From a bacterium (lineage in GTDB: Bacteria > Elusimicrobiota > Elusimicrobia > Elusimicrobiales > UBA9959): a DNA stretch of 64,000 nucleotides. The notes beneath the pieces are model-generated. The model did not search any database, was not told where the DNA came from, and worked only from the letters and a program-made list of their open reading frames with translations. Location of the stretch: contig JAJZPF010000005.1 of NCBI GenBank assembly GCA_021811315.1, forward strand, positions 5,543 through 69,542, written 5' to 3'. A program made the position numbers and the translations under genes. Positions 8,976-19,888 of the stretch are shown in pieces (position 1 is the first letter of the stretch; each line of letters begins with the position of its first letter).

Positions 8976-10415
8976 TTAACGCAGCTTCCTGCCCTTCAGC
9001 TGAAAGATGGACCTTAACCCGCGCAGGTCCTGCATTAAATGCTCTAACGAGCGCAATTTCGCGAGGCGCCTGAAGATATAACGGGGCCCGAAATAGAACT
9101 TCCTGAAAAAGATCTTCTGCAGTTCCATCAAACGGTCCTTGGAGAGCTCCCCGGCCGCGATAACCGGGTGGACGGTTGAGAACAGGTTTATATACTGGTC
9201 CCAGTCAATGGTTGAAACATCCAGTCTCCCCTCCAGGACGAACCTGTCGAAGAAAACGGAGCCGGGCAGGGGGGCGAAAATACAGCAGATGGCGAAATCC
9301 GGGTCCAGCTCCCTGGCGAAGGCTATGGTTTCAGCGGCGGTTTCTTCCGTTTCCCCGGGAGTTCCAAGCATGAAGCTGCAGAAAGAAAGGAGGTCGTGTT
9401 CGCGGCAGATCTTGACGGCGCGGCGTATCTGCTCCAGGTCGGTCCCCTTGTTAAGCTTCGCCCGTATTTCAGGGGAGCCGGATTCCACGCCGAAGGAAAC
9501 GAGGCGGCAGCCGGCCGCGCGCATTTCCCGCGCCAGGTCGGCCGTGATATGGTCTACGCGGCTTGAACAGCTCCAGGTTATCTTTATCCCGCTTTCACGT
9601 ATCAGCCCGCAGATCTCAAGGGCTCGTTCTTTATCGAGCAGGAAGGAGTCGTCCCAGAAAAGGATCTCGCCCACGCCGAAATTTTCCCGGAGGTGTTTTA
9701 TTTCCGCCAGGACGCTTTTAGGGGAGCGGAACCGGACTTTCCCCTTGAACACGTTGTTATGGCTGCAGAAGTAACATCCGTAGGGGCAGCCTCTCGATGT
9801 TATTATGGCCGCGGCCGGCGCGCTGGTCAGCCGCCTGGAAGCCGGGAGGCTGTATTGCCCCATCCGCATCAGGTGATGGGCCGGGAAAGGGAGGGTATCT
9901 ATGTCCTGTACCGGGGGTCTTTCCGGAGTTTCAATAACTTGCCCCCCGGACCTGAAAACGAGGCCTTTTACCGCGGCGGGATCCGTTCCTTCTTTGACCG
10001 CTTTAAGCAATTCCAGGGACGTTTCCTCTCCTTCGCCGCGCACCACGAAGTCCACGCAGGGGTTTTCCAGTATTTTATGAGGCAGGGCCGAGGCGTGGGA
10101 CCCGCCCGCCGCGACTAAAACGGACCCATCGGCTTCCTTTACAAGGCGCGCAAGCTCCAGCGCCGTATTGTGGGACGAGGAGGATACGCTTATCCCGACG
10201 ATAAGGGGGCGGAGCTCCAGCACTTTTCGCTTAAATTCCGCCGGGCCGAGCTCCTCTATACTGTTATCCAGTATCGCGACCTTGGCGCCGGAACGCTCCA
10301 GGAAGGCGGCTATGTAGCCGAGTCCAAGCGGCTGGGTTATTCCGGAGGCCCCTTTCAGTATTTCCGCGCTCGCGGGCTGGTGCGGCACCACAAGCAGCAT
10401 GTCGGTCCTGGTCAT
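8976..10415 (-). CDS. Cobalamin-binding radical SAM protein
   Basis: PLGLGYIAA, GGSHAS, GEGE, SRGCPYGCYFC, WDDSF, GVESG. Confidence 0.92.
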   Translation of the reverse strand: MTRTDMLLVVPHQPASAEILKGASGITQPLGLGYIAAFLERSGAKVAILDNSIEELGPAEFKRKVLELRPLIVGISVSSSSHNTALELARLVKEADGSVLVAAGGSHASALPHKILENPCVDFVVRGEGEETSLELLKAVKEGTDPAAVKGLVFRSGGQVIETPERPPVQDIDTLPFPAHHLMRMGQYSLPASRRLTSAPAAAIITSRGCPYGCYFCSHNNVFKGKVRFRSPKSVLAEIKHLRENFGVGEILFWDDSFLLDKERALEICGLIRESGIKITWSCSSRVDHITADLAREMRAAGCRLVSFGVESGSPEIRAKLNKGTDLEQIRRAVKICREHDLLSFCSFMLGTPGETEETAAETIAFARELDPDFAICCIFAPLPGSVFFDRFVLEGRLDVSTIDWDQYINLFSTVHPVIAAGELSKDRLMELQKIFFRKFYFGPRYIFRRLAKLRSLEHLMQDLRGLRSIFQLKGRKLR

Positions 10416-10561
10416 TTTAAAATGTTACATTATATTGCGGATATTTACAGCGTTTCCCGCGCCGGGTCTGCGGGGCGGAACGGATAAGACCAGCCGCATG
10501 CGACCGGCACAATAATAAGGCTGCCGGGCCGCGCCCGGGAAGCCCCGGGCTACCGGCATTT

Positions 10562-11641
10562 TTATTTCTTATCCAGAGACAGGGAGAGGGCCTCTATATC
10601 CACCGGCAGCTTCGCGGCCCCGCCGGCGAAAAGTTTTTCACGGAACCCGGTGTCGTTCATCAGGCACATGGAGCACTTCCCGTATTTTGCAAAAAAAGGA
10701 TGAGCGACCATCGACGCGGCTATTTCAGCCAGCGGACGCCTGCGGACGTTGCCGAAACTCACCGGTATGGCGGGACAGGGCTGCACGTCCCCGGTAGGGG
10801 AAATATAAAGAAGGTTCCTTTCCATGGCCGAGCAGCCCTTGCCGCGGCTTTTCACCATCTGCAGGGCGTCCTCCAGGTAAACATATGACGGGTCCATCAG
10901 CGCAAGCAGCCGCTTTTCTTCTTCGGAATCAAGGCGTTCGGACTCGTTCTTGCGCCAGTTCCCGGAAAGTATAGGGAAAAGTATCTTCACCCCCGACGCG
11001 CCGAGCGACCTGGCCAGGGCGATCAATTTCACCATGTCGCCGTCGCTGAGGGAGCGCTTCGAGGCGTAGGTGGAGACCAGGCAGGGGATATCGAGCGCGA
11101 CGCAGCTCTTTATGGCGCCCACGGCGGCGTCAAAGCAGCCTTTCCGCATCCTCAGCGAATCGTGCACGGAGGGATCGGCGCTGTCGAGACTGACGTTCAC
11201 ATTGCCGATACCCGCGGCCCTGAGCCGGGCGGCCATCCCCTTATCCAGCAAAAGCCCATTGGTGTCCAGCGAGGTCCTCAGCCCTTTGCGGCCCGCGTAA
11301 ACCATGAGATCGCACAGGTCTTCGCGGACCAGCGGCTCTCCGCCGAAGAAGGTTATTTTCACGGCGCCCACGCCCGCGACGCTGTCTATAAGTTCCATCG
11401 CCTCGGCGGTATCCAGCTCTCCGGCCGGGACCCCGTAGTCGGCCACGGAACAATGCACGCAGCGGCACTGGCACTTATAAGTAACGGCATAAACCGCAGA
11501 GAACGGAACGGGCGCGGAAAGCAGGTACCGCCTGAAAATAAAAACGGCTATCTGGCGGACGTTCTTTACCGAAAGGCGCCGGAAAAAAACCCTGAGTCCG
11601 AAAGAGAACTGACGGGCGTAGACGAAAAGGTTGTTTTTCAT
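10562..11641 (-). CDS. Radical SAM/SPASM-twitch protein (start reassigned to MKNNLF)
   Basis: CQCRCVHC, FFGGEP, DTNG, C..YISPTGDVQPC; the longer track start overlaps the divergent gene. Confidence 0.85.
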   Translation of the reverse strand: MKNNLFVYARQFSFGLRVFFRRLSVKNVRQIAVFIFRRYLLSAPVPFSAVYAVTYKCQCRCVHCSVADYGVPAGELDTAEAMELIDSVAGVGAVKITFFGGEPLVREDLCDLMVYAGRKGLRTSLDTNGLLLDKGMAARLRAAGIGNVNVSLDSADPSVHDSLRMRKGCFDAAVGAIKSCVALDIPCLVSTYASKRSLSDGDMVKLIALARSLGASGVKILFPILSGNWRKNESERLDSEEEKRLLALMDPSYVYLEDALQMVKSRGKGCSAMERNLLYISPTGDVQPCPAIPVSFGNVRRRPLAEIAASMVAHPFFAKYGKCSMCLMNDTGFREKLFAGGAAKLPVDIEALSLSLDKK

Positions 11642-11716
11642 GGATACGAGAACATCTTCAGAATATAGTTGGAGCGCGGCCGGGTCCAATCCTGTAAATC
11701 TTATATAATTATCTAT

Positions 11717-12757
11717 ATGCGCTGCTTGAAAGATTTCACGGGGAAAGCAAAAAACATGGGGCTGGTTTTGAAAATCTTTTTCCGGGTCACCCCCCCGGGC
11801 CTCTGGCCGCGCGTTCTCGGCAATACCCTGAAAAACCTGTCCGGCTCCCGCATCCCCGCCTCCGCAGTGATAGGCGCGACCTATCGCTGCCAGCTCGGCT
11901 GCGAACACTGTTCAGCCGGGCTTTACAAGCGGGACGGCAGGGAACTAACGCTGGAGGAATGGAAAACGGTCCTTTCACAGGCTTACAAGCTCGGCGTACC
12001 CCGCCTCAATATCAGCGGAGGCGAGGCCCTCCTGCGGACCGACATCCTGGAGCTGATCCGCTTCGCCTCCGCGCGCTTCGTCACGGTGCTTGAAAGCAAC
12101 GGCGAAACGCTGGACGCCGGAAAGATAAAAGACCTGAAAAAAGCCGGGCTGGCCTGCGCGGCCGTGAGCATAGACTCCCCCGACCCCGCCGAGCACGACC
12201 GTCTCCGGAGAAAAGCCGGCTGTTTCGCCGCGGCAAAGCGCGCTTTAGGGCTTTGCGCCGGAGCCGGGCTTCCCGCCGTCATCTCCACTTACGTCACCGC
12301 CGAGCGCGCCGGCGCCGCGAACCTGTCCGCCCTGGAAGAACTGGCCAGGGACACCGGCGCGATAGCTGTGCGGGTGATGCCGGCCAGGCCTGTCGGCAAT
12401 TTCTGCCGCTCCGCCGACTCGGCCCTCAGCCCCGGGCAGGAAAAGCTGATCATGGAGACCATGGACCGCTCTCTCTGCTATTTCAAAGGGCTGCCCGGCC
12501 CCGAAGAATGCGGCATCTTCAAGCGGAACACTTTTTATATTTCCCCGTACGGGGAGGTGCAGCCCTGCGCCTACCTGCCGCTGGCCTTCGGCGACGTGCC
12601 CGCCGAACCGCTGGCCGTGGTGCTCGAGAGGATGTGGACGCACAGGATCTTCGACGCTCCGCGCCGCCAATGCCTTATACTTGACGCCGCTTTCCGCGCT
12701 GAACACCTTCCCGGCACGGAAGATCTTGCCGGCAAGCTCCCGGTCAGGGTCAAATAA
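11717..12757 (+). CDS. Radical SAM/SPASM-twitch protein, paralog of 10562-11641
   Basis: CQLGCEHC, SGGEA, YISPYGEVQPC; start uncertain (11717 or 11757 region). Confidence 0.85.
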   Translation: MRCLKDFTGKAKNMGLVLKIFFRVTPPGLWPRVLGNTLKNLSGSRIPASAVIGATYRCQLGCEHCSAGLYKRDGRELTLEEWKTVLSQAYKLGVPRLNISGGEALLRTDILELIRFASARFVTVLESNGETLDAGKIKDLKKAGLACAAVSIDSPDPAEHDRLRRKAGCFAAAKRALGLCAGAGLPAVISTYVTAERAGAANLSALEELARDTGAIAVRVMPARPVGNFCRSADSALSPGQEKLIMETMDRSLCYFKGLPGPEECGIFKRNTFYISPYGEVQPCAYLPLAFGDVPAEPLAVVLERMWTHRIFDAPRRQCLILDAAFRAEHLPGTEDLAGKLPVRVK

Positions 12758-12760
12758 GCG

Positions 12761-14284
12761 ATGCGCATCGCCTTCGCTACCAGCCATTACGAGAATCTTG
12801 CCATAGAGTACCTGTCGGCGCTGGTAAAACTTGATGGCCACGAGACCGCGCTCTTCTTCGAACCGGCGCTGTTCCATAATTTCTTCTGCGACAGCAATTT
12901 CCTGCACGACCGCGTCTTTAATTTCAGGTCCCGGCTGCTGAAAAGCCTGGAGGAATGGAAGCCGGACATCATCGCCTTCTCGGTCATCTCGGACAATTAC
13001 CGCTGGACCCTCGACATAGCCCGCGAAGCTAAAAAGCTCACGGGGGCCAAAATAGTTTTCGGCGGCGTGCACCCGACATCCGTACCGGACAGAACGCTGG
13101 CGGAAGGAACCCCGGACTTCATAGTGGCGGGCGACGCCGAGGAGGCCTTCCCGGAACTGGCGAGGGCCCTCGCCGCGGGGACAGACCCGTCCGGGATAGC
13201 CAACGTGGGCGGCCGGTCGGGAGGAAAGACCTGGCTCAACCCGCCCAGGCCGCTTATGAAGGACCTGGACCGCCTCCCCTTTCCGGACAAGGACCTGTTC
13301 TACCGCGAATGCGCGCTGCTGGTAAAAAAAAGCTATATGATCTCGGCCTCGCGCGGCTGCAATTATTCGTGCAGTTACTGCTGGAACTCGATGATCCGGA
13401 AGGTTTACCCGGAGGGATTTTTCAGGCGGCGGTCCCCGGAGAACGCCGCGGCGGAGCTGGAATGGGCCAAGGCGCGCTACGGCATTGAGCGCGTGACTTT
13501 TTACGACGAGGTCTTCACTTCCGACCGGGACTGGCTGGAAAAATTCCTGGAAATTTACCGGCGCCGGGTGGGCCTGCCGTTCTTCTGCTGCGTCCACCCG
13601 GACAACATAGACGAGGCGGTCGTGAAGCTGCTTGAAGACTCCGGCTGCGGCGCGGTGAACATCGGCCTGCAAACCGCGAACGAGGACACCCGCAGGCGGA
13701 TACTTAACCGGGGCGGGTCGAACGACCAGGCCGCGCGGGCGCTTGACATTCTCGGCCGCTCGAAGCTGTACGTCTATTCCAATATCATGCTCGGCCTTCC
13801 GGGCGAAACGGAAAAAGACCTGGAAGGCACCCTGCTTTTCTGCGCGCGGCACAAGGCGGACCTGCCGGCCATTTACTGGCTGCGCTACTACCCCGGGACG
13901 CGGATAATCGAGACCGCCGGGGGAATGGGAATACTCACCGGCGAACAGATCGAAAGGATAAACGACAGCAGGGAATACCTGCCTTACGCTACGACAGGCA
14001 GCACTTATAAACCGGACATGGCCCGGCTGGGGAACCTGATACTGCTTAGCGGCTTCCTGCCCGTTGCCTGGGCGGAGACCATAGTGCGCCGCCGCCTGTA
14101 CCGCTTCCTGCCCGCCGGCAACCTGCTTTTCCCGGTCATCGCCCTGACGGCCTGGATAAAAAAATATTTTAAAGGGAAGAACAGCCCCTTCCATTACCTC
14201 TCGGTAACTGATTATGCGAGGTTCTACCTCCTGTACTCATGGAGGTTGCTACGGACATCTGCCGCGCGGCTTTTTAGATCTTAG
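12761..14284 (+). CDS. Cobalamin-binding radical SAM protein
   Basis: ENLAIEYLSA, GGVHPT, SRGCNYSCSYC, YDEVF. Confidence 0.9.
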   Translation: MRIAFATSHYENLAIEYLSALVKLDGHETALFFEPALFHNFFCDSNFLHDRVFNFRSRLLKSLEEWKPDIIAFSVISDNYRWTLDIAREAKKLTGAKIVFGGVHPTSVPDRTLAEGTPDFIVAGDAEEAFPELARALAAGTDPSGIANVGGRSGGKTWLNPPRPLMKDLDRLPFPDKDLFYRECALLVKKSYMISASRGCNYSCSYCWNSMIRKVYPEGFFRRRSPENAAAELEWAKARYGIERVTFYDEVFTSDRDWLEKFLEIYRRRVGLPFFCCVHPDNIDEAVVKLLEDSGCGAVNIGLQTANEDTRRRILNRGGSNDQAARALDILGRSKLYVYSNIMLGLPGETEKDLEGTLLFCARHKADLPAIYWLRYYPGTRIIETAGGMGILTGEQIERINDSREYLPYATTGSTYKPDMARLGNLILLSGFLPVAWAETIVRRRLYRFLPAGNLLFPVIALTAWIKKYFKGKNSPFHYLSVTDYARFYLLYSWRLLRTSAARLFRS

Positions 14285-14387
14285 ACAAGATCCGGGAGAT
14301 CCTGAAACCCGCTGGAACGCTCCTTTTGGCGGAGCGCTGCGGTAGGCCGGAGAAGTTATACCGGATTTCAGGCTGGCCTCAGGTTCT

Positions 14388-15329
14388 TCATGACCCGCTC
14401 CCGGGAACCGTGAAGCCGTCAAGCACCAGGGCGCCGGAGATCGCGGCTCCGGCGGGCACGCTGCCCCCGGGGAAGACCACTGAATTCTTAACCCGCGCCC
14501 CGGCCCCGATAAAAGAGCCTTGCGCCGCCACCGAATTCTCAAGCTCCGCCCCCTCGCCCACCGCAGCGGAGGGATGGGCGAAGCCGCGAAGTCCGCGCTC
14601 GACCAGCCAGGCGGAGTTGGCGGCCAGGATATCCCCCGGGTACGTAATATTCACGTCAAGCTTGAGCGTTTCCATGGCCTTCACCAGGCCGCCGCCGGCT
14701 ATAAGGTTCTGTATAGCGTCGGTCAGCTCTATTTCCCCGCGCAGCGCCGACGGGCGGGTAACCTTCAGCGCCTGCATGAAGCGCGGCCCGAAAAAATATA
14801 TACCGCAGGGTTTGACCATGCTCAGCGCGCGCGCCGGCTTCTCTATTATCCTGAGCACGCGGCCGGCCGCGTCCTGGGCTATCGTACATTCTTTCAGTAT
14901 GGCCGCCTCGTCGGCCACCGTGCGCACCGAAAGCACGGCGTCCGCCCCTCCGCCCGCGACGGCTTTCACGGCCCCGGCCAGGTCCGGCTGCGAGTAGTAA
15001 GTGTCTCCAAGTACCAGCGCGAAAGGCCCGCCGTCCAGCCAGGGTTCGGCCAGCGAGGCCGCGTGGCCTATCCCGCGCCGTTCGGACTGCGGCACCACAA
15101 AAAGCTCGGCCCCGGAACCCTCAAGGGCCCGCTTCGCGGCCTCCCCTACGGAATCCGACGACGGGTCAGTGACTATGATGAAGCGTTTGGTCCCGAGCCC
15201 GGAGAAGACCCGCAGGTGCAGCTCCAGCAGGGTGCGGTCGCCTACCGGCAGCAAAGCCTTCGGGAAAAGTTTGCCGATCTCCCCCAGCCTGGCGCCGGCG
15301 CCGGCGGTAAGTATGACTACCGGGATCAT
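14388..15329 (-). CDS. Sugar-1-phosphate nucleotidyltransferase (RmlA/GalU-like) with short beta-helix tail
   Basis: LTAGAGARL..PKALL, LGD, EKP, RGEIELTDA. Confidence 0.87.
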   Translation of the reverse strand: MIPVVILTAGAGARLGEIGKLFPKALLPVGDRTLLELHLRVFSGLGTKRFIIVTDPSSDSVGEAAKRALEGSGAELFVVPQSERRGIGHAASLAEPWLDGGPFALVLGDTYYSQPDLAGAVKAVAGGGADAVLSVRTVADEAAILKECTIAQDAAGRVLRIIEKPARALSMVKPCGIYFFGPRFMQALKVTRPSALRGEIELTDAIQNLIAGGGLVKAMETLKLDVNITYPGDILAANSAWLVERGLRGFAHPSAAVGEGAELENSVAAQGSFIGAGARVKNSVVFPGGSVPAGAAISGALVLDGFTVPGSGS

Positions 15330-16663
15330 GGTAAGGTGATCTTTCCCGCCGCCGAGATACCGGCCTCTATACTATGGTCCATATTGTAGATAGACCATTC
15401 GCCGAAACGCCCGGCGGAAATAATGCCGGAGGCCGACAGGCGGCGCAGGCAGAACGGCACGTCCTCCGAGCGGCGCGTATGCGGCACCGGGTAGGCCGGG
15501 TAATGGCTGGATAGCCACACTTTCCGGATGTCTTTCTTTTTAACTATGCCCAGTCCCGCCAGGGAGGCGGTCACGCGCTTCTCGAGCCCGGCGGCCGAGC
15601 CTCCCTCGGGTATGGAACATTCCACCAGCAGCGCCTTGCCGCCGGGTACGGCCCGCGGGTTTATCAGGTCCGCCCGCGTGAGGCGGTAGAAAGGGACCGC
15701 GGGGTCGGGGACATAGATCCAATGATAAGGCGGCAGGTTTACGGCCGACAGCGCGTATTGCAGGCAAACCACCCTTGTAGCGCGCAGGCGCGAAACCGCC
15801 TTGTAACAATCCTTAAGCCCGGCCAGCCTTACGGCCCGGTCCAGGGGCAGGGTGGAGATGAGCCTGCCATAGCGCACAGCCCCCCTCCCGGTATGCACCA
15901 CCTTACGGCCTGCGTCTATTTTCAGGACTTCGGCGCCGCAGAAAGGGGAGACCGGCCTGATAGCCCGGAGCAGGCCTTCGACAAGGGAAGCTATCCCTCC
16001 CTGTCTTGGATAAATGAACTCCGCGTGAGGGGCGACGTCTTCCTTCCCGGCGCGCGTTCCCCCCAGTATACTGTCGGCCAGGCCCGCGGCGCCGGGCAGG
16101 CGTATTTTAGAAGAGAGCCAGGCGTAATCCATGCCGGACAGCGGAGTCCGCCACAATTTTTCATTATACGGCCGGAAGAAAAGGTCGACGATCCCCCCGC
16201 CCAGTTCCCGCAGCGAGTACTCTTCGAGATTGCCCGGGCGGGCGGAGTTCTCTTCAAGGCGCCGCTCAAGCAGGCTGCGCAGCACGACCTTCCTGTCCTC
16301 CAGGCCCAGCTGGCTGATATTGTCCTGGAAAGGGAAATCCACGTATCCGCCCTTCCACATTACCCCGAGACGGTGGCGGTAGCTGTGGACAGGGCCCGTC
16401 ATTTTCCTGAAAATAGCGGAGGCGCGTTTATCCTTCGTAAAAAAGACATGCGGCAGTTCGTCAATGGTCACGCCGGCCGACCGGTTGGTCTTAAGCAGGC
16501 CGCCCGGCCCGGCCTCGCGCTCCAGCAGCAAAATATCGCGCCGGCCGGCCAGCAGCAGCTCGCGCGCGGCTATAAGCCCGGTCAGGCCGGCCCCGAGTAT
16601 GACTATTTCGGCTCTTTCCGGCAGGCCGGAGAGGCTTTTTTTAACCTTTTTTTCCATTGGCAT
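15326..16663 (-). CDS. FAD-dependent oxidoreductase (UDP-galactopyranose mutase/protoporphyrinogen oxidase-like)
   Basis: ILGAGLTGL, PYNEKLW, FIYPRQGG, AYPV, GRFGEWSIYNMDH; start uncertain (16657-16690). Confidence 0.82.
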   Translation of the reverse strand: MPMEKKVKKSLSGLPERAEIVILGAGLTGLIAARELLLAGRRDILLLEREAGPGGLLKTNRSAGVTIDELPHVFFTKDKRASAIFRKMTGPVHSYRHRLGVMWKGGYVDFPFQDNISQLGLEDRKVVLRSLLERRLEENSARPGNLEEYSLRELGGGIVDLFFRPYNEKLWRTPLSGMDYAWLSSKIRLPGAAGLADSILGGTRAGKEDVAPHAEFIYPRQGGIASLVEGLLRAIRPVSPFCGAEVLKIDAGRKVVHTGRGAVRYGRLISTLPLDRAVRLAGLKDCYKAVSRLRATRVVCLQYALSAVNLPPYHWIYVPDPAVPFYRLTRADLINPRAVPGGKALLVECSIPEGGSAAGLEKRVTASLAGLGIVKKKDIRKVWLSSHYPAYPVPHTRRSEDVPFCLRRLSASGIISAGRFGEWSIYNMDHSIEAGISAAGKITLP

Positions 16664-16891
16664 ATCGATTAACGTGTTAAATTTTAGCAAATATAGGATT
16701 CAGGAATCTGCAGGCAAAGCCGGCAAAAGCCGGCGCAGGGCGACTTAACCCGGTTCCGGCTCCCCCTTCAGGTTTCCGGCCGGGAAGTGAATTTATTTTA
16801 TTTCCCGCGCCCCATTTTCGCCCTGAGGCCTTCCGGTATTACAGTCCCGCGCCCGCCCTAATGCCGTTAATTTTTATTGTATTATTATATT

Positions 16892-18334
16892 ATGAGGCGC
16901 CCGGTAGTACTTCTTATCAAAAGCCGCAGCCTGGCTTCAAAAGTCAGCGGGAGCACTCCGCCGCTGGGGCTGCTTTATATAGCCGCCTGCCTGCGCAAGA
17001 ACCTCGGTGCCGAGGTGCGCATTATAGACGCGGAACTGGAGCCGGACCCCCTCAGGGCCGTGCGCGACGCCGTAAGGACGCGCCGGCCCGATGTAGCCGG
17101 GATAAGCGCGCTGACCGCGGAAGCTTTCCTCGCCCACTCTTTAGCGGCGGCGATAAAGGCGGAGAACCGCGGCATCCCCGTGATAATGGGCGGCCCACAC
17201 CCCTCTTCCGACCCCGAACTGGCGCTCAAAGACCTGAGCGTAGACGCCGCCGTCATCGGAGAAGGCGAAGAAACTTTCTCGGAACTGACCCGGCTTCTTA
17301 CCGAAGAAGGCGCGGCGGGGCTCAGTAAGGAGAGCCTGCGCTCCGTAAAAGGGCTGGCTTTCCGCGGGCTGCAAGCGGTTGAATTTTCCGCGCCGCGCCC
17401 GCCCATACAGGACCTGGACTCCCTGCCTTTCCCCGCCTGGGACCTGATAGACTATAAAAGGTTCTGGAAGCTGGGGAGCATGGCCAGCATAGGGACAAGG
17501 CCCTACCTCACCATGTTCACTTCCCGCGGCTGCCCCTACCAGTGCGTTTACTGCCACCAGATCTTCGGCAAGTCCTTCCGCGCCCGCTCCCCGGAAAGCG
17601 TGGCGGAAGAGGCCGCGATGCTGGTAAAGATGGGCGCCGGGGACATAGAGATCCTGGACGATATAGCTAATTTCAAACAGGACCGCTTCGACCGGATCCT
17701 CGAGCTGATGCTGGAGCGCGGCCTTCACCCCGCGCTGAGCTTCCCGAACGCGATCCGCGCCGACCTGCTGCAGGAGCATTCCATAGACCTGCTCAAGCGC
17801 GTCGGCGTCGGCGAAGTGTCGGTGGCGGTAGAGACCGCCTCCCCCCGCCTCCAGAAACTGCTCGGGAAGAACCTTTCGCTGGAAAAAGTGAGCCGCACGA
17901 TAAACCTGCTTGCCGACAAGCGCATTTTCACGCGGGGCTTCTTCATGCTTGGTTTCCCCACCGAGACCGAGGCCGAGATGCGCTCCACCATAAGCTTCGC
18001 CCACTCCTCCCGCCTGCACCTGGCTCTTTTCTTTACGCCCAACCCGTTCCGGAACACCGGGCTTTACGATATGTTCGCCAGCGCCGGGAAGCTCCCCGGG
18101 AACATCGGGACCATAGATTACGAGTATTACGGCTCGCCCTTCAATGCCAGCGAAGTTCCGGGCGGAAAATACCGCCGGCTTTACCGCTGGGCTTATTACG
18201 GTTTTTACTTCAACCCGCTGCGCGCCCTGCGGATAGCGCGGGACAGGCCCTCCGTGGCGGATATCCCTTTGCGGGCTTACAAGCTGCTGCGCAACGTGGT
18301 GTCCTTCCGCAGGCTCAAGGAGAAACAACGATGA
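16892..18334 (+). CDS. Cobalamin-binding radical SAM protein
   Basis: PPLGLLYIAA, GGPHPS, GEGE, SRGCPYQCVYC. Confidence 0.92.
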   Translation: MRRPVVLLIKSRSLASKVSGSTPPLGLLYIAACLRKNLGAEVRIIDAELEPDPLRAVRDAVRTRRPDVAGISALTAEAFLAHSLAAAIKAENRGIPVIMGGPHPSSDPELALKDLSVDAAVIGEGEETFSELTRLLTEEGAAGLSKESLRSVKGLAFRGLQAVEFSAPRPPIQDLDSLPFPAWDLIDYKRFWKLGSMASIGTRPYLTMFTSRGCPYQCVYCHQIFGKSFRARSPESVAEEAAMLVKMGAGDIEILDDIANFKQDRFDRILELMLERGLHPALSFPNAIRADLLQEHSIDLLKRVGVGEVSVAVETASPRLQKLLGKNLSLEKVSRTINLLADKRIFTRGFFMLGFPTETEAEMRSTISFAHSSRLHLALFFTPNPFRNTGLYDMFASAGKLPGNIGTIDYEYYGSPFNASEVPGGKYRRLYRWAYYGFYFNPLRALRIARDRPSVADIPLRAYKLLRNVVSFRRLKEKQR

Positions 18335-19887
18335 GCGGCGCGGAACGAAGATTTGACGCTATAGTGATAGGCGCGGGGCCCGGCGGGCTCTCGGCGGCGC
18401 TCGCCCTCTCCAGGAAGGGCTGGAAGGTCCTGGTGGCGGAAAAGAACGGCCGGCCGGGCGGGAACTGCACCTCCAAGAATTACGGCGGCTACACTTTCGA
18501 CCTCGCCGTGCACCAGCTCTCCGGGATAGGCGGGGGCGGCGTCTGCGCCGGCATCATGCGCGAATACGGGATAGCCGGCAAGCTGGACTTCAGAAAAGTG
18601 GACCCGTTCCTGGTCATAGACATGCCGGACCGCTCCTACCTGCTGCACGGCGATAAAGAGGCCCTGCGCGCGGAGCTTGTAAAAGATTTCCCCGGAGACG
18701 AGGGCGACATAGACCGTATGCTCTCCGGCCTGGATTCAATGAGGAAAGACGCTCTTCTCTCGCAGCGCCTGTTCTACGGCCCCGACCCGGTACTGGACAG
18801 GATGATAGCCGACGGCATAAGCCCGCTGGACCTGCTGACCTTCCCTTTCACTTTTCTCTGGAACATCGCGCTGCGGGCTGATTCCGACGCCGACTCCGTA
18901 CTGCGGCGCTGGGTGAGGAACCCGAAACTGCGCTCTATAATCCACTCTTCCTGGGCTTACCTCGGCCTGCCCCCGCGCCGGCTTTCAGGGCTGATGATGA
19001 GCATCTTCGTATCAATGCAGCACACGGCGGCCAGCTACTATCCGGCGGGCAGCTCCCAGAAACTCGCGGACGTGATGGCCGAAGCCGTTCAGGAGCGGGG
19101 AGGGGAGGTGCTCCTGGATTCCCCGGTGAAACGGATAATAACGGAAAGCGGACGGGTACTCGGTGTGGAGCTGGAGGACGGGAAAAAGGCTTACGCGGAT
19201 ATAGTTATTTCCAACGCCGACATGCTCTATACCTACCGCAGCCTGCTGGCGCCGGAAGCGGTTCCCTCCCGGTTCATGAAACGCCTGGGGAAAATACCGC
19301 TCTCCCTGGCGCCGTTCCGGGTCTGCCTGGGCCTGGACTATGACGTGGCCGCGCACGGCCTTGACCACCACGAATATATGATAGCCCCCGGCTACGATCA
19401 CGAGGCCACCTACGAAGATATGGCGCGCGGAAATTCCAAGGGGCTCAGTCTCTATTCACCCACCAAGATCTGCCCGGAACTGGCCCCGCCGGGCCACAGC
19501 ACGCTGATACTTACCACTATGATGCCCTGGCGCCCCGACCAGGACTGGCGCGAGCGCAAGGATGAGATAGCCGACGGGATGATAGCCCTGGCCGAACACA
19601 AAAGGCTGCCCGGCCTGTCCAAACATATAGTTGTTAAAAAAGTTCTTACCCCGGAAGACCTGCAGCGCCTTACCCACTCCTCGGAAGGCTCAATGTACGG
19701 CTGGGCCAACTCCCCCCGCCATTCCCTGGTGCGGCGGGTTTCAATGAAGTCCCCGGTAAAGGGCCTCTACCACGTGGGCCACTGGACCAGGCCCGGCACG
19801 GGAGTGACCTCGGCCATACTTTCCGGCTGGATGCTGGCCAACAGGCTCAACAGCTGGGTAGGCAAATACCTGGATAAGATGTTCTGA
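18331..19887 (+). CDS. Phytoene desaturase (CrtI)-like FAD oxidoreductase
   Basis: IGAGPGG, EKN..PGG, YYPAGSS, LAPPG, LTPEDL, GLYHVGHWTRPGTGV; ATGA overlap with upstream gene. Confidence 0.87.
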   Translation: MSGAERRFDAIVIGAGPGGLSAALALSRKGWKVLVAEKNGRPGGNCTSKNYGGYTFDLAVHQLSGIGGGGVCAGIMREYGIAGKLDFRKVDPFLVIDMPDRSYLLHGDKEALRAELVKDFPGDEGDIDRMLSGLDSMRKDALLSQRLFYGPDPVLDRMIADGISPLDLLTFPFTFLWNIALRADSDADSVLRRWVRNPKLRSIIHSSWAYLGLPPRRLSGLMMSIFVSMQHTAASYYPAGSSQKLADVMAEAVQERGGEVLLDSPVKRIITESGRVLGVELEDGKKAYADIVISNADMLYTYRSLLAPEAVPSRFMKRLGKIPLSLAPFRVCLGLDYDVAAHGLDHHEYMIAPGYDHEATYEDMARGNSKGLSLYSPTKICPELAPPGHSTLILTTMMPWRPDQDWRERKDEIADGMIALAEHKRLPGLSKHIVVKKVLTPEDLQRLTHSSEGSMYGWANSPRHSLVRRVSMKSPVKGLYHVGHWTRPGTGVTSAILSGWMLANRLNSWVGKYLDKMF

Positions 19888-19888
19888 T

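Noticed and set aside
12245-14194. Long antisense ORFs (649 aa here; also 43503-45161, 57599-59281, 17141-18328, 25424-26650, 62621-63802)
   Set aside because: Shadow frames opposite well-supported genes in high-GC DNA, with no motifs
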